Notes under the pieces: generated by a model
What the model saw: only the letters and a program-made list of their open reading frames with translations
Told to the model about the DNA's origin: nothing
The model's database searches: none
Shown here: positions 6,728 through 16,479 of the stretch, one piece after another
How the letters are laid out: the number at the start of each line of letters is the position of its first letter
Position numbering within the stretch: position 1 is the first letter of the stretch
Assembly (NCBI GenBank): GCA_047618185.1
Contig: JBLHKZ010000001.1
Coordinates: 1-58,938 of the forward strand
Length of the DNA: 58,938 nucleotides
Source of the DNA: Limisphaerales bacterium
Lineage (GTDB): Bacteria; Verrucomicrobiota; Verrucomicrobiia; Limisphaerales; JAYPEY01
Reading direction: 5' to 3'
Position numbers and translations under genes: made by a program

Positions 6728-9673
6728 TCACAACCCCTTCAAGAACGCCAGCAGGTCGGCCAGCTCCTGTTTGGGCATGGTTTTCTCAAGCTCGTCGGGC
6801 ATGAGCGAAAGGCTCGTGGAGCGCATCGACTGGATGTTCGACCGCAGTATGGTCTCGTCCACTCCCTGCGCCAGGCGGAGCGTCACGCTGGTGTCGGACT
6901 CGGAAGCCAGCAGGCCGTTGAGGCTGCGGTCGTCCTTCGTCTCGACCTCGTAGCTGGTAAAGCCGGGCACGACCTCGTAGTTCGGCATGACGATATGCAT
7001 CAGCAGCGCCTCGGCGGGTTGATTGCGCACGCCGGTCAGATCGGGGCCCACCTTGAAACCCAGGCCTTCGTAGACATGGCACTGCGCGCAGACCCGGCCG
7101 TAGACGGCCTTGCCGTTGGCGTTGTCGCCCTTCATCTTCGCAATCGCCTTGGATTCCTCGTACGCCTTCATGCGATCGCCAGACTCCAATGCTCCAAAGA
7201 CTTTCTTCGCCAGCGCCTGAATCTTCTTGTCGCGATGTTTCATCAAGCTGACGCGGACACGCGGCTCGATCATCCAGTTTTGCACCACGCCGCTCTCCAT
7301 TGCGCTCAGGAGATCGGGCAGAAGCCGCGTGTTGGACCGCATCGCCGTGACCACCGCGCGGCTGACGGAGGGCGGATAGACGCGCCACTTCAACGGGTCC
7401 ACCAGCGCGGGACCGATCGAAGGATCGACGATGCGAGTCAACGCCCGAATGGCGGCCTGCTGGAGGTTAACCGGCGCGCGCGATCCCACCAAATTCAGCA
7501 AGGCGGAGCCGGCCGTCGCGAAATCGGAATGAGCCAGCAGCTCGATGGACGTCAATCGATTGGCCGACGGCGCCTTCGGGTCGCTCGTGTCAGCGACGGC
7601 GCGGCGCATGATCGCGTCGACTTCCGATTTCATTTTGCCGTCCGAGGCCGGGTCGTTAAGCATGGCGCGGAGGGACGAACGCTTGGCGCGCAGGCCGTCG
7701 GCAATGCCCGCCAACAAGGACCGTTGCCAGCCCGCGTCGTTGGGGCCTTTCATGGCGCTGGCCGGCGTGAAAATTTCCTGAATGACTTTGGGCGACTGGC
7801 TGGAGCCGAGGATTCGTCCGATATCGCTCATCAGCGGCGAAAGATCGGAAGACTTCGATGTGTTCGTCCGCATCTTCAAACGGAGAACGTTGATGGCGAA
7901 GTTTGCCGAATCCGGACCGATCGAACTCAGGACCGCGGCGCGCGTCCACAGGTCGGTCGGGTTGCCCATCGCCACGCCAGCAAGAACCTTGAGTTTGTCC
8001 GGACGATCGACCTCCCCCAAAGCCAGAGCCTGTTGAAAGCGCACTTTCGAGTCGGACTCGGCGTTCATCGCGACCAACGCGTCCGCGAGCTTGGGATTCT
8101 GTTTCAAACGCGGCTCAATCAGACGCACGGCGGCTTCACGCACTCGGGGACGCTTGTCCTTGAGCGCGGCAGTGAGGGTTGGATCGTCCAACTTGCCAAA
8201 ATTATCGAGCAGCCACAGCGCGGCGACACTGCCGGCTTCAGTTTCGCCATTGGCGGCGACGCGTTTGAGCGGGGCGACGGCGGCGGCGTTGCGGCCCTCG
8301 AGCAGCAAGCGGCGCGCCGTCTCCCGACGCCAGCCTTCTGCGTTATCCAAAGCGGCGACGAGTTGATTCAAATTCGCCCCGGCCAGCGAGTGACTTTGCC
8401 ATTTAGCTCGTTGTGATTTTCCGGCAGGCGCCACCCGGTAAATGCGTCCCTGGGTATTGCCGCTGACAAAGTCCGCCGTGTCACGAATGCCCTCGGGCAG
8501 GTAGCGAGGATGGTCGAGCGTCTTGCGATAAAAGTCGGTGAGGTAAAGCGCGCCGTCGGGGCCGAAGTCCGCGTAGACGATGCGCGACCAGGTGTCGGGC
8601 GTGGCCAGAAAGTCCTGTCCGTCCCGGGCGACGCGCGCGTCGAAGGATCCGCCGGTTGAGGTCAGGATGCGGCGTTGGACGAGATTCTGCGCGGGCTCGC
8701 AGATAAAGGCGTTGCCGTAGTAATCGGCTCCCAACGCCCCGCCGCGAAAGATCAATGTGCCGCACGCGGAGGTGAAGGAACCAAGATGAAGCTTCGTCAG
8801 CAGCGTCGGGTGGTAACCCGCCGTAGTCGTGTCGCGGCTCAGCGGATAAACCAACGATTCGGCGCCCGCCGTGCCAACGACCTGAACCGTTTGCGAGAAG
8901 GCATAGTGCGGATTGCGCTTGAGGTGATGCGGCTGGAGCACGGTGTGCCAGACGGGATTGCGATTGGCGCAGATGAACTTGTTGCCGTAGTCGTCGAAGG
9001 TGAGGCCGAATTGCGCCTGACCGGAAACCGTCGCGAATTCAAAGGTGTCGGGATGAAAGCGGCCATCGCTCTTCGCGTAGGACACCTTCCCCTGTTTCTT
9101 GTTCGCCGGCGATTCGACATCGCCGCCCTGCAATCCCGCGGTCACCCAGATCCAACCGTCGAGTCCCAGCTTGGGGTGACTGACCCGAAGTTGCGTCGTG
9201 CTTTTGATGTGAAATCCCGTCAGCACGACTTTGCGCAGGTCGGCCTTACCGTCGCCGTCAGTGTCTTTGAGATAAAAAATATCCGGCGCGCAGGTGACGA
9301 AGATTCCGCCGCGCCAGGGCAACAGGCCGTTGGGATAGCTGAGTCCTTCGGCAAAATTCGTGCGCTTGTCGAAGACGCCATTGCCATCCGTGTCCTCCAG
9401 GAGCGCCACGACGCCCGCGGGCGCCTTGCCCTCGCCCGGACCGGTCGGATAGCCGCGATTCTCCGCGACAAACATGCGTCCGGCCTCGTCGAACACCGTG
9501 GCCACGGGATCGACGATCAGCGGCTCGGCGGCGGCGATCTCAAGCCGCAGCCGCGAGCCATCTTCAAACTTGAAATGCTTGAGCGACTGTTTGGGAGAAA
9601 GCGGACCGTCGACCTGGGCAGCGCCAGCCGAGAAAGCTGCGAGGAAAATACTGAGGGAAAGTGATTTTTTCAT
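6728..9673 (-). CDS. PVC-type heme-binding CxxCH protein (membrane-bound dehydrogenase domain + HEAT repeats + C-terminal cytochrome c-like domain)
   Basis: 981 aa with a signal peptide. The N-terminus reads FVAENRGYPTGPGEGK...DGNGVFD...DTDGDGKAD, the middle is HEAT-like, and the C-terminus reads VCAQCHVYEG...LMPDELEKTM...LLAFL. Confidence 0.88.
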   Translation of the reverse strand: MKKSLSLSIFLAAFSAGAAQVDGPLSPKQSLKHFKFEDGSRLRLEIAAAEPLIVDPVATVFDEAGRMFVAENRGYPTGPGEGKAPAGVVALLEDTDGNGVFDKRTNFAEGLSYPNGLLPWRGGIFVTCAPDIFYLKDTDGDGKADLRKVVLTGFHIKSTTQLRVSHPKLGLDGWIWVTAGLQGGDVESPANKKQGKVSYAKSDGRFHPDTFEFATVSGQAQFGLTFDDYGNKFICANRNPVWHTVLQPHHLKRNPHYAFSQTVQVVGTAGAESLVYPLSRDTTTAGYHPTLLTKLHLGSFTSACGTLIFRGGALGADYYGNAFICEPAQNLVQRRILTSTGGSFDARVARDGQDFLATPDTWSRIVYADFGPDGALYLTDFYRKTLDHPRYLPEGIRDTADFVSGNTQGRIYRVAPAGKSQRAKWQSHSLAGANLNQLVAALDNAEGWRRETARRLLLEGRNAAAVAPLKRVAANGETEAGSVAALWLLDNFGKLDDPTLTAALKDKRPRVREAAVRLIEPRLKQNPKLADALVAMNAESDSKVRFQQALALGEVDRPDKLKVLAGVAMGNPTDLWTRAAVLSSIGPDSANFAINVLRLKMRTNTSKSSDLSPLMSDIGRILGSSQSPKVIQEIFTPASAMKGPNDAGWQRSLLAGIADGLRAKRSSLRAMLNDPASDGKMKSEVDAIMRRAVADTSDPKAPSANRLTSIELLAHSDFATAGSALLNLVGSRAPVNLQQAAIRALTRIVDPSIGPALVDPLKWRVYPPSVSRAVVTAMRSNTRLLPDLLSAMESGVVQNWMIEPRVRVSLMKHRDKKIQALAKKVFGALESGDRMKAYEESKAIAKMKGDNANGKAVYGRVCAQCHVYEGLGFKVGPDLTGVRNQPAEALLMHIVMPNYEVVPGFTSYEVETKDDRSLNGLLASESDTSVTLRLAQGVDETILRSNIQSMRSTSLSLMPDELEKTMPKQELADLLAFLKGL

Positions 9674-9785
9674 GAGATGACCAATTCAGATCATGGGATT
9701 CTTTTCATCTGCGGAGCGAATTCAAGCTGGAATTCAATCAATCGGATTTGACAGGGTGGGTTTTATTGGATTCAACGCGAGCCGG

Positions 9786-10505
9786 TCACTTGATGCCCTG
9801 GAGCCGCTCGCTCCAGATGCGATAAAGCTCCAGGGTCGCTTGGACATCGCGAACGCAATACTCGGCAATTTCACGATAGCGCGCCTCGTTCATCAGGTCG
9901 TTCACATCCATTCCCGTGACGCCGTGGCTCTTTGGCGATTCGATGCCGAAGGTCCGGCAGTAGAAATCCAGATTAAACTTCCTCGCGGCGCCGCCTCGTC
10001 CACTGACGTTGTAGAAAGTCAGTTGCTCAGCCAGATCGCAATGCGGTTCGGTCTGAAAGCGGTAGCCGAGCCAGTTCTTGCGGGAAATCGGCACATTGAG
10101 GACCGCCGAACGCAGATAAAGAAAAGGCGCGTCAAATCCGCGGCCATTGAAGGTCACCACGCTGTCGTAGTGTCGGGCCAGATCCCAGAACGCCGTCAAC
10201 AGTTCCGTCTCGTCCATGCAGGGAACGTATTCGACCGATCCTTCATCGCCAGCGGTCGACTCGTAGTCGTCGGCAATAAACAGCGCCTTGCCGCGATCGC
10301 TGTCGACGTTGATCATCGCAATGCAGACCACGCGCGCGGTCAATGGCCAAAGATTGAACAGACGTTGAATCTCCTCGCGTTTCGCCTGCCGCTCCGTTTC
10401 ATCGGCAAGGCGCTCCGCGGCGCGAAAGAGGTATTCGGTCTGAGCTTCGTCGAAATGTTCCGGACCCAGCGCGGAGGTTTCGATGTCGAAGACAATTTTC
10501 GCCAT
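9786..10505 (-). CDS. RNase H-fold 3'-5' exonuclease-like protein (PolB-exonuclease-related)
   Basis: ATG at 10505 gives MAKIVFDIETSALG (ExoI-like DIET motif), followed by VTFNGRGFDAPFL and YCVRDV. The 5' extension in the ORF track is probably not coding. Confidence 0.65.
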   Translation of the reverse strand: MAKIVFDIETSALGPEHFDEAQTEYLFRAAERLADETERQAKREEIQRLFNLWPLTARVVCIAMINVDSDRGKALFIADDYESTAGDEGSVEYVPCMDETELLTAFWDLARHYDSVVTFNGRGFDAPFLYLRSAVLNVPISRKNWLGYRFQTEPHCDLAEQLTFYNVSGRGGAARKFNLDFYCRTFGIESPKSHGVTGMDVNDLMNEARYREIAEYCVRDVQATLELYRIWSERLQGIK

Positions 10506-10596
10506 GAGAATGGACGAAGAGGAGTAAGGAGGCGGTGAGAAAAACTGGATGAGAGTCCCGTCCGAACGGACGGGACTCACCATCCAGTGTTAAGGG

Positions 10597-10875
10597 TTAC
10601 TTCTTTTTCTTAGCGGCTTTCTTCTTCGGGGCCGCTTTCTTTTTAGGCGCTGCCTTTTTAGGCGCTGCCTTTTTAGGCGCTGCCTTTTTGGCGGCGGCCT
10701 TTTTGGCGGCGGCCTTTTTCTTCGGCGCTGCCTTTTTGACTGCGGCGGCCTTTTTCGGCGCTGCCTTCTTGACTGCGGCCTTTTTCGGCGCTGCCTTTTT
10801 GACTGCGGCGGCCTTTTTCGGCGCTGCCTTCTTCGCTACTTTTTTCTTAGGGGCTGCTTTTTTCTTAGCTGGCAT
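10597..10875 (-). CDS. Histone H1-like Lys/Ala/Pro-repeat nucleoid protein
   Basis: The 92-aa protein is made almost entirely of K, A, P and V (MPAKKKAAPKKKVAKKAAPKKAAAVKK...). It is encoded by nested 15-bp and 33-36-bp tandem repeats. Confidence 0.7.
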   Translation of the reverse strand: MPAKKKAAPKKKVAKKAAPKKAAAVKKAAPKKAAVKKAAPKKAAAVKKAAPKKKAAAKKAAAKKAAPKKAAPKKAAPKKKAAPKKKAAKKKK

Positions 10876-11056
10876 GGAATATCACCTCCGTTCGATCGTA
10901 GACTAAATCTTTTGAAATAAATTTCATGATTTCTTTAGTGCGCATTGTTTAAACGGATTTCATTTTTGTGACTAGTACTTTTGTTAAAAACTTTTGAAGT
11001 TTTTTTCGCGCTTTTTGATTTCGCTCTTCGGCTGAATCGGTTCAAACATTGCGGCG
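10876..11056. promoter_or_regulatory. AT-rich divergent promoter region (histone-like gene / mutS)
   Basis: A spot count for 10901..10960 gives about 27% GC in a genome of about 60% GC. The tract carries repeated GATTTC and ACTTTTG motifs and lies between two divergent start codons. Confidence 0.45.
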
Positions 11057-13648
11057 ATGTCCAAGACCAAGAAGATCACTCCGATGATGCAGCAGTATCG
11101 CCGTGTGCGCGGCGAGCTTCCGAGCGATGTGCTGCTGCTTTTTCGGCTCGGCGATTTCTACGAGATGTTTTTCGAAGACGCGCAGGAAGGCTCGAAAATT
11201 CTGAATGTCGCGCTGACCAAACGCGGAACGACTCCGATGTGCGGAATACCCTACCACGCGGCCAACGGCTACATCGCTCGCATCCTCAAGGCGGGTCGCA
11301 AAGTGGCGATCTGCGATCAGGTGGAGGAAGCCATACCCGGCCAACTTGTCAAACGCGAGGTCACCCAGATCATCAGCCCAGGCACTCATTTCGACGAGCG
11401 CATCCTCGTCGCCGAACGAAACAACTTCCTCGCCTCGGTCTATCCGCTCGGAAAATTCTTCGGCATCGCCATCGTCGACCTGACCACCGGTGATTTCCAG
11501 ACGACGGAAGTGGAGGGCGAAGCCGCCTTGATGAGCGAGCTGGAGCGCATTCGCCCCGCCGAAATGCTCCTCCCCGAAGCCGCGACCTCGTTGCGCGATC
11601 TGATCGTCGAGCGTTTCCCCATCATCAACGGCTACGACGATTGGGTTTTTGAACCGGAGACCTCCGTGTTCACCGTGCGCGAGCATTTCAAAGTCGCCTC
11701 GCTCGACGGCTTCGGACTCAAGAATCGCGACGCGGCGATCGGCGCGGCCGGCGGCATACTGCACTATCTCTCGCGGCAATTGCGGCGCGACGTCGCCCAC
11801 CTGACTCGCCTCTCCTTCTATCAGAGCGCCGATTACCTCGCGCTCGACATGACCTCGCTCCGCAATCTGGAGATTCTGGAGCCGCTGAGCCGCGACGCCC
11901 CACGCTCCGCCTCTCTCTTCGGCGCGATGAATCGAACGGCCACCCCCATGGGCGCGCGCCGCCTGCGGGAGTGGCTGACACAACCGCTCTCCGAGGCGTC
12001 CGCCATCGGCGGACGGCAGGAAGTCGTGCAGGCATGGCTGGATTGCGGACGCGCGCTGGATCGCTTTCGAGAACGGCTCGGCGAAGTGCGCGACCTTGAG
12101 CGAACCCTGGGCCGCCTGAGCGTCGGCACGGGCAACGCGCGCGATCTGGGGACGCTGCGGCAGGCGCTGGAACAGATACCGTTTATTCGCGGCGTCCTCG
12201 CTGAACTCACCCTCCGCGACGATCGCTCGAATGAAACTTCCGACCTGGCCCTGCAGGAAGACGGCGCCGGCGAATCGACCGACGCAGCCGCCCAACGGCC
12301 CAAACTGCTGCGCGAGCTTGAGGAACAACTGGGCGAGTTTCCCGATCTGGTCGACCTGTTTCGCCGCGCGCTCGTCGATGAGCCGCCGCTGACCGTGCGC
12401 GAAGGCGGCATGATCGCGGACGGCTACGACGCCGAACTCGACGAATTGAAAAGCGCGTCGCGCGACGGCAAGAACTGGATCGCGCGCATGCAGCAGGAGG
12501 AAATCGAAAAGACCGGCATCTCGTCTTTAAAAGTTCGTTACAACTCGGTGTTCGGATATTTCATCGAAGTCACCCGCGCCAACGTCGACAAGGTCCCGCC
12601 GAACTACGTCCGCAAACAAACCATCGCCAACGGGGAGCGCTACATCACGCCGGAGCTCAAAGAGATTGAGAACAAGATTCTCGGAGCGGAGGAGCGAAGC
12701 TCGAAACTGGAATACGAATTATTCCTGCGCGTGCGCGAAGCGGTCATTGCGCGATTGCCGGAGATTCAGGATCTGGCCCGCGCGCTGTCACAACTCGATG
12801 TGCTCGGCTCCTTCGCTGAAACGGCGCGGCTGTTCGGCTATTGCCGGCCGGATGTGCGCGAAGACGGCCTTCTGGAGATCAGCGAGGGCCGTCATCCCAT
12901 TCTCGACCAGTCGATGACCGAAGAACCCTTCGTGCCCAACGACACGCGGTTGGATTCCACCGAAAAACAGATCGGCATCATCACCGGACCGAACATGGCC
13001 GGCAAGAGCACCTACATCCGGCAAGTGGCGCTCCTGGCGCTGCTCGCTCACACCGGCTCCTTCATCCCCGCGACCCAGGCGCGCGTGGATCTGATCGACC
13101 GCATCTTCACCCGCATCGGAGCCAGCGACGATCTGTCCCGCGGTCAGTCGACTTTCATGGTCGAAATGAGCGAGACCGCCAACATTCTGAACAACGCGAC
13201 CTCGAAGAGCCTGATCATCCTCGATGAAATCGGCCGCGGCACGAGCACCTTCGATGGATTGAGCCTAGCCTGGTCGATAGTGGAGCACCTGCACAACCAG
13301 ACGGGAGCGAAGACCCTCTTCGCGACGCATTACCACGAATTGACCGAATTGGCCGGACGCCTGGATCGCGTGCGCAATTTCAACGTCGCCGTGCGCGAGT
13401 GGAACGAGGAAATCATTTTTCTGCGCAAAATTGTCGAAGGCGGCACGGACAAGAGCTACGGAATCCAGGTCGCGCGACTGGCGGGCGTTCCAAAGTCGGT
13501 GCTGGAACGCGCGAAGGAAATTCTGGGCAATCTCGAAGAGGCGGAACTGACGCCGGAGGGCAAACCGCGCGCAACGCGACGGCACAAAGCCGAAAGGGAA
13601 AAACTCAAGGAATTGCCGCCGACCTCGCAGCTGGACTTGTTCGGGTGA
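11057..13648 (+). CDS. mutS: DNA mismatch repair protein MutS
   Basis: 863 aa with MMQQYRRVR...LLFRLGDFYEMFFEDA at the N-terminus, Walker A GPNMAGKST, and DEIGRGTSTFDG...THYHEL. Confidence 0.97.
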   Translation: MSKTKKITPMMQQYRRVRGELPSDVLLLFRLGDFYEMFFEDAQEGSKILNVALTKRGTTPMCGIPYHAANGYIARILKAGRKVAICDQVEEAIPGQLVKREVTQIISPGTHFDERILVAERNNFLASVYPLGKFFGIAIVDLTTGDFQTTEVEGEAALMSELERIRPAEMLLPEAATSLRDLIVERFPIINGYDDWVFEPETSVFTVREHFKVASLDGFGLKNRDAAIGAAGGILHYLSRQLRRDVAHLTRLSFYQSADYLALDMTSLRNLEILEPLSRDAPRSASLFGAMNRTATPMGARRLREWLTQPLSEASAIGGRQEVVQAWLDCGRALDRFRERLGEVRDLERTLGRLSVGTGNARDLGTLRQALEQIPFIRGVLAELTLRDDRSNETSDLALQEDGAGESTDAAAQRPKLLRELEEQLGEFPDLVDLFRRALVDEPPLTVREGGMIADGYDAELDELKSASRDGKNWIARMQQEEIEKTGISSLKVRYNSVFGYFIEVTRANVDKVPPNYVRKQTIANGERYITPELKEIENKILGAEERSSKLEYELFLRVREAVIARLPEIQDLARALSQLDVLGSFAETARLFGYCRPDVREDGLLEISEGRHPILDQSMTEEPFVPNDTRLDSTEKQIGIITGPNMAGKSTYIRQVALLALLAHTGSFIPATQARVDLIDRIFTRIGASDDLSRGQSTFMVEMSETANILNNATSKSLIILDEIGRGTSTFDGLSLAWSIVEHLHNQTGAKTLFATHYHELTELAGRLDRVRNFNVAVREWNEEIIFLRKIVEGGTDKSYGIQVARLAGVPKSVLERAKEILGNLEEAELTPEGKPRATRRHKAEREKLKELPPTSQLDLFG

Positions 13649-13677
13649 GCGGAACGGCGCTTCAACGCGCCCGCGGC

Positions 13678-14133
13678 TCAGTTCTGCTTCTCGTAAATGA
13701 TCAACACGCCGAAGTCGCCTTCGCCGGGATTCACGGTATTGATGCTGACGATGTGTGGCCGGCCAATTTCCGCGAGGGTTTTCGCGACGGTTTCATCAAA
13801 CTTCCCAATATCTTTGCCATTGGCGGAATAAAGTATGGTGCGGCTCAGCACGGCAACATCCTCCTTGGCCGCGACCTCCAGCCGTTTGGCCTTGGGTTTG
13901 AGAATCATGTCGGCCGTCGCGTGAGACGCGCCGATCGAGATTGGCGCGCGCGTCGCCGCAGGCTCTTCCTCCGCGGCCGCGTACTCCACCTCTCCCTCGG
14001 CGGCGGCTTCGGCGGCTTCGCCCTCGATCATGATCGTTTCCTTGCAGGCGGGGCATTCGATCTCCACGCCGAGCATGGTGTCGTCCGCCGTGAGTTCCTG
14101 ACCGCATTGGGGGCAATTGAAATTGATTTCCAT
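13678..14133 (-). CDS. Hypothetical zinc-ribbon protein with acidic linker
   Basis: MEINFNCPQCGQEL...IECPACKE, then an E/A-rich linker, then a small C-terminal domain. It is convergent with mutS, and only 29 nt separate the two stop codons. Confidence 0.55.
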   Translation of the reverse strand: MEINFNCPQCGQELTADDTMLGVEIECPACKETIMIEGEAAEAAAEGEVEYAAAEEEPAATRAPISIGASHATADMILKPKAKRLEVAAKEDVAVLSRTILYSANGKDIGKFDETVAKTLAEIGRPHIVSINTVNPGEGDFGVLIIYEKQN

Positions 14134-14281
14134 AAGTAAGCCGGTGTTCTGTGGTGAGTTCAGGGAACGATAAGCCCCGGCATTTGCCTTTTCCAGTGAA
14201 AACTCGCGGACGCCAGCAAACCCGGCCTTAAACCAAATTCACTTTCCGCCGTCATATTATCGGGTAGAGTCCCTTTCGCTT

Positions 14282-15130
14282 ATGAAAGCCATTCCCCTCA
14301 CCCTTAGTCTCGTTTTCCTGGCCGCCTCGATCTCCGTCAGCGCCCAACCGCTCACGCTCAACGCCCGCAGCCAGAAAGTCGCGCCCGACGACAAGAAGAA
14401 ACAATACAAAATCACCCAAAGCATCCTCAAATGGGAGCCGAAGGAGACAGCCATCGTGATTTGCGACATGTGGGACGAACATTGGTGCAAAGGCGCGACG
14501 CGCCGCGTCGGCGAAATGGCGCCGCGCATGAATGAAGTCATCAAAATCGCCCGCGAACGCGGCGTTTTGATAATCCACTGTCCCAGTAGCTGCCTGGATT
14601 TCTACAAGGACACCCCCATGCGCAAGCTGGCTCAGCAGGCGCCCAAGGTGGAAACGAAGATTCCACTGCAACGCTGGTGCTACATCGATTCCGAGAACGA
14701 AGCTCCCCTCCCCATCGACGATTCGGACGGCGGCTGCGACTGCGAGCCCAAATGCCGGACCTACGGCCCCTGGAAACGCCAAATCGCGACCATCGAGATC
14801 AAGGAGGGCGACGCGATCACGGACAACGCCGAGGCCTACTACCTCATGAAACAACGCGGCGTCAAAAACGTCATCGTCATGGGCGTCCACCTGAACATGT
14901 GCGTCCTGGGCCGGCCGTTCTCGATTCGTCAGATGATCTACCAGGACCAGAACGTCGTGTTGATGCGCGACCTGACCGACACGATGTACAATCCCCGCAT
15001 GAGCCCCTTCGTCAGTCACTTCTCCGGCAATCGACTCGTCACCCAGCACGTTGAGCGACACTGGGCTCCGACGATCACCAGCTCCGACTTCACCGGTAAA
15101 CCGGAATTCAAGTTCAAGAACGACAAGTAA
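14282..15130 (+). CDS. Secreted isochorismatase-family cysteine hydrolase
   Basis: A signal peptide is present, along with VICDMWDEHWC and VIVMGVHLNMCVLGRPF (isochorismatase-like catalytic Cys context). Confidence 0.7.
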   Translation: MKAIPLTLSLVFLAASISVSAQPLTLNARSQKVAPDDKKKQYKITQSILKWEPKETAIVICDMWDEHWCKGATRRVGEMAPRMNEVIKIARERGVLIIHCPSSCLDFYKDTPMRKLAQQAPKVETKIPLQRWCYIDSENEAPLPIDDSDGGCDCEPKCRTYGPWKRQIATIEIKEGDAITDNAEAYYLMKQRGVKNVIVMGVHLNMCVLGRPFSIRQMIYQDQNVVLMRDLTDTMYNPRMSPFVSHFSGNRLVTQHVERHWAPTITSSDFTGKPEFKFKNDK

Positions 15131-15193
15131 CGATCCGAGCGCAGGGACGGCTCATCTTCCGCTCGCAGCTTGAAACCGATTCAACCCAGCTTC

Positions 15194-15397
15194 ATGAAAA
15201 CGCCCAGTCGTCGTCAGTTAATTCGGAAATCAACCGCCGCCGCAGTCGCTCCCTCGATCAACGCCCTCGGCGCCTACGTCTGCGATCCCGACACTCAACG
15301 CCAGGACAAAGCCGCGGCAGCCAAAGTCGAATCCCGCAACGGCGGCCATTGGGTAAAACCCAGAGGCATCCAGCCGGGAGTTCAGCAAGTCTCATGA
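15194..15397 (+). CDS. Possible 67-aa twin-arginine-signal mini-protein
   Basis: MKTPSRRQLIRKSTAAAVAPSINALGA has a Tat-like SRRxLIK motif. Its TGA stop (15395..15397) overlaps the ATG (15394) of the next gene as ATGA. Confidence 0.3.
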   Translation: MKTPSRRQLIRKSTAAAVAPSINALGAYVCDPDTQRQDKAAAAKVESRNGGHWVKPRGIQPGVQQVS

Positions 15398-16458
15398 ACG
15401 AACTCAATCGTCGGAAGTTTCTCGGCGCGGCCTCGGGCGCCGCCGCCGCGGCCGCCTTGACCGAGCCCTCGAGCGCCGCAACGGCGCCCGCCAAGTACAC
15501 CGTCGAGGACCAGCAGCCCTTTCGAGCTCAAACTCGCCGACTGAAGCTCTCGGCCAACGGACGCTACTTCGCCGCCCTGCTCTTCCCAACCGACTACCCG
15601 ACGAACTTTCGGCTCAAGCCGGAAATCTACCCGGTCTGCACGCCGGGCGGCGTCCCTGTCACCGGCACACATGAATACTGTTTTATTCACCACCAGTCCG
15701 TGATGTGCGGCCACGGCAAAGTGAAGATCGGCGATCGCAAGAAACCCTACGACCTGTATCGCAAACTCAACTTTCCGGAGCCCAACCGCCCGGACAAATG
15801 GCATCGCGACTACAACCTCTTCGACCTCGGTCCGTCAGGAATGCAGCGAATCACCGACGCACAATGGACGGCGACGGACAAGATCACGATCGACCTGAGG
15901 CTCGACTGGCAAACTCGCGAACGAAACCAGGAAACTGGGGAGACACTTCTTCGCGAGCAACGCCGCTACGAACTCTCCCAACGCGGCCGCTTCACGATAA
16001 TCGATCACTTCACGAGCCTAACGCCAACCGCTGCGGATACCGCAACGCTGCTGACCGACCGACATTCGTTCTGTGGCGTTCGCGTCAACGACCTAATCGA
16101 TGTCGACGACGGCGGGACCTTGCGTGATTCCGAAGGGCGCGTGAACGGCAGCGGAAATTACTGGGACGCAAACGGCGACCGCAAAACCCCGCGCTGGGTG
16201 GATTGCGCGGGAAAGATCGGAAGCGACACGGCGGGGATCGCATTGATGGGCCACCCCGCGAACATCCGCAATCAATTCTACTATCGCGAATGGGGATTGA
16301 TGGAAGTCTCGCCCTGTCTGAACACCGACGTCCCCTTTTCTACGGAGAAGCCCTTTCAATTCGCCGCCCGCTACGTCGCGCACGACGGCCTCCTGACCGC
16401 GCGCGACGCCAATGAGTTATTTGACGACTTCGCCGCCTCGAAATTTCCAGACAACTGA
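15394..16458 (+). CDS. Tat-exported PmoA-like (DUF6807-type) protein
   Basis: MNELNRRKFLGAASGAAAAAAL is a Tat signal. KPEIYPVCTPGGVPVTG...HHQSVMCGHGKV resembles the PmoA-like family, recalled from memory. Confidence 0.6.
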   Translation: MNELNRRKFLGAASGAAAAAALTEPSSAATAPAKYTVEDQQPFRAQTRRLKLSANGRYFAALLFPTDYPTNFRLKPEIYPVCTPGGVPVTGTHEYCFIHHQSVMCGHGKVKIGDRKKPYDLYRKLNFPEPNRPDKWHRDYNLFDLGPSGMQRITDAQWTATDKITIDLRLDWQTRERNQETGETLLREQRRYELSQRGRFTIIDHFTSLTPTAADTATLLTDRHSFCGVRVNDLIDVDDGGTLRDSEGRVNGSGNYWDANGDRKTPRWVDCAGKIGSDTAGIALMGHPANIRNQFYYREWGLMEVSPCLNTDVPFSTEKPFQFAARYVAHDGLLTARDANELFDDFAASKFPDN

Positions 16459-16479
16459 ATAAATCGATCGACGGACAAA

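Noticed and set aside
6626-8416. A 596-aa plus-strand ORF.
   Set aside because: It is fully antisense to the well-supported 981-aa PVC heme protein. Its product is Arg/Ala/Gly/His-rich and low in complexity, with no motifs. This is the typical stop-poor antisense frame of high-GC DNA.
10688-10906. A plus-strand ORF encoding AAFF/LTAA repeats.
   Set aside because: It is the mirror-frame reading of the histone-like KAAP repeat DNA. The minus-strand product has an ATG and the AT-rich promoter region immediately upstream, and is biologically plausible.
10876-11056. The AT-rich tract as a candidate replication origin.
   Set aside because: I found no DnaA-box (TTATCCACA/TGTGGATAA) matches by eye, and dnaA is not nearby. 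A divergent promoter is the simpler explanation. GC-skew analysis of the full genome would settle it.
11042-12328. A 428-aa minus-strand ORF.
   Set aside because: It is antisense to mutS, which has unmistakable motifs. The antisense product has no recognisable features.
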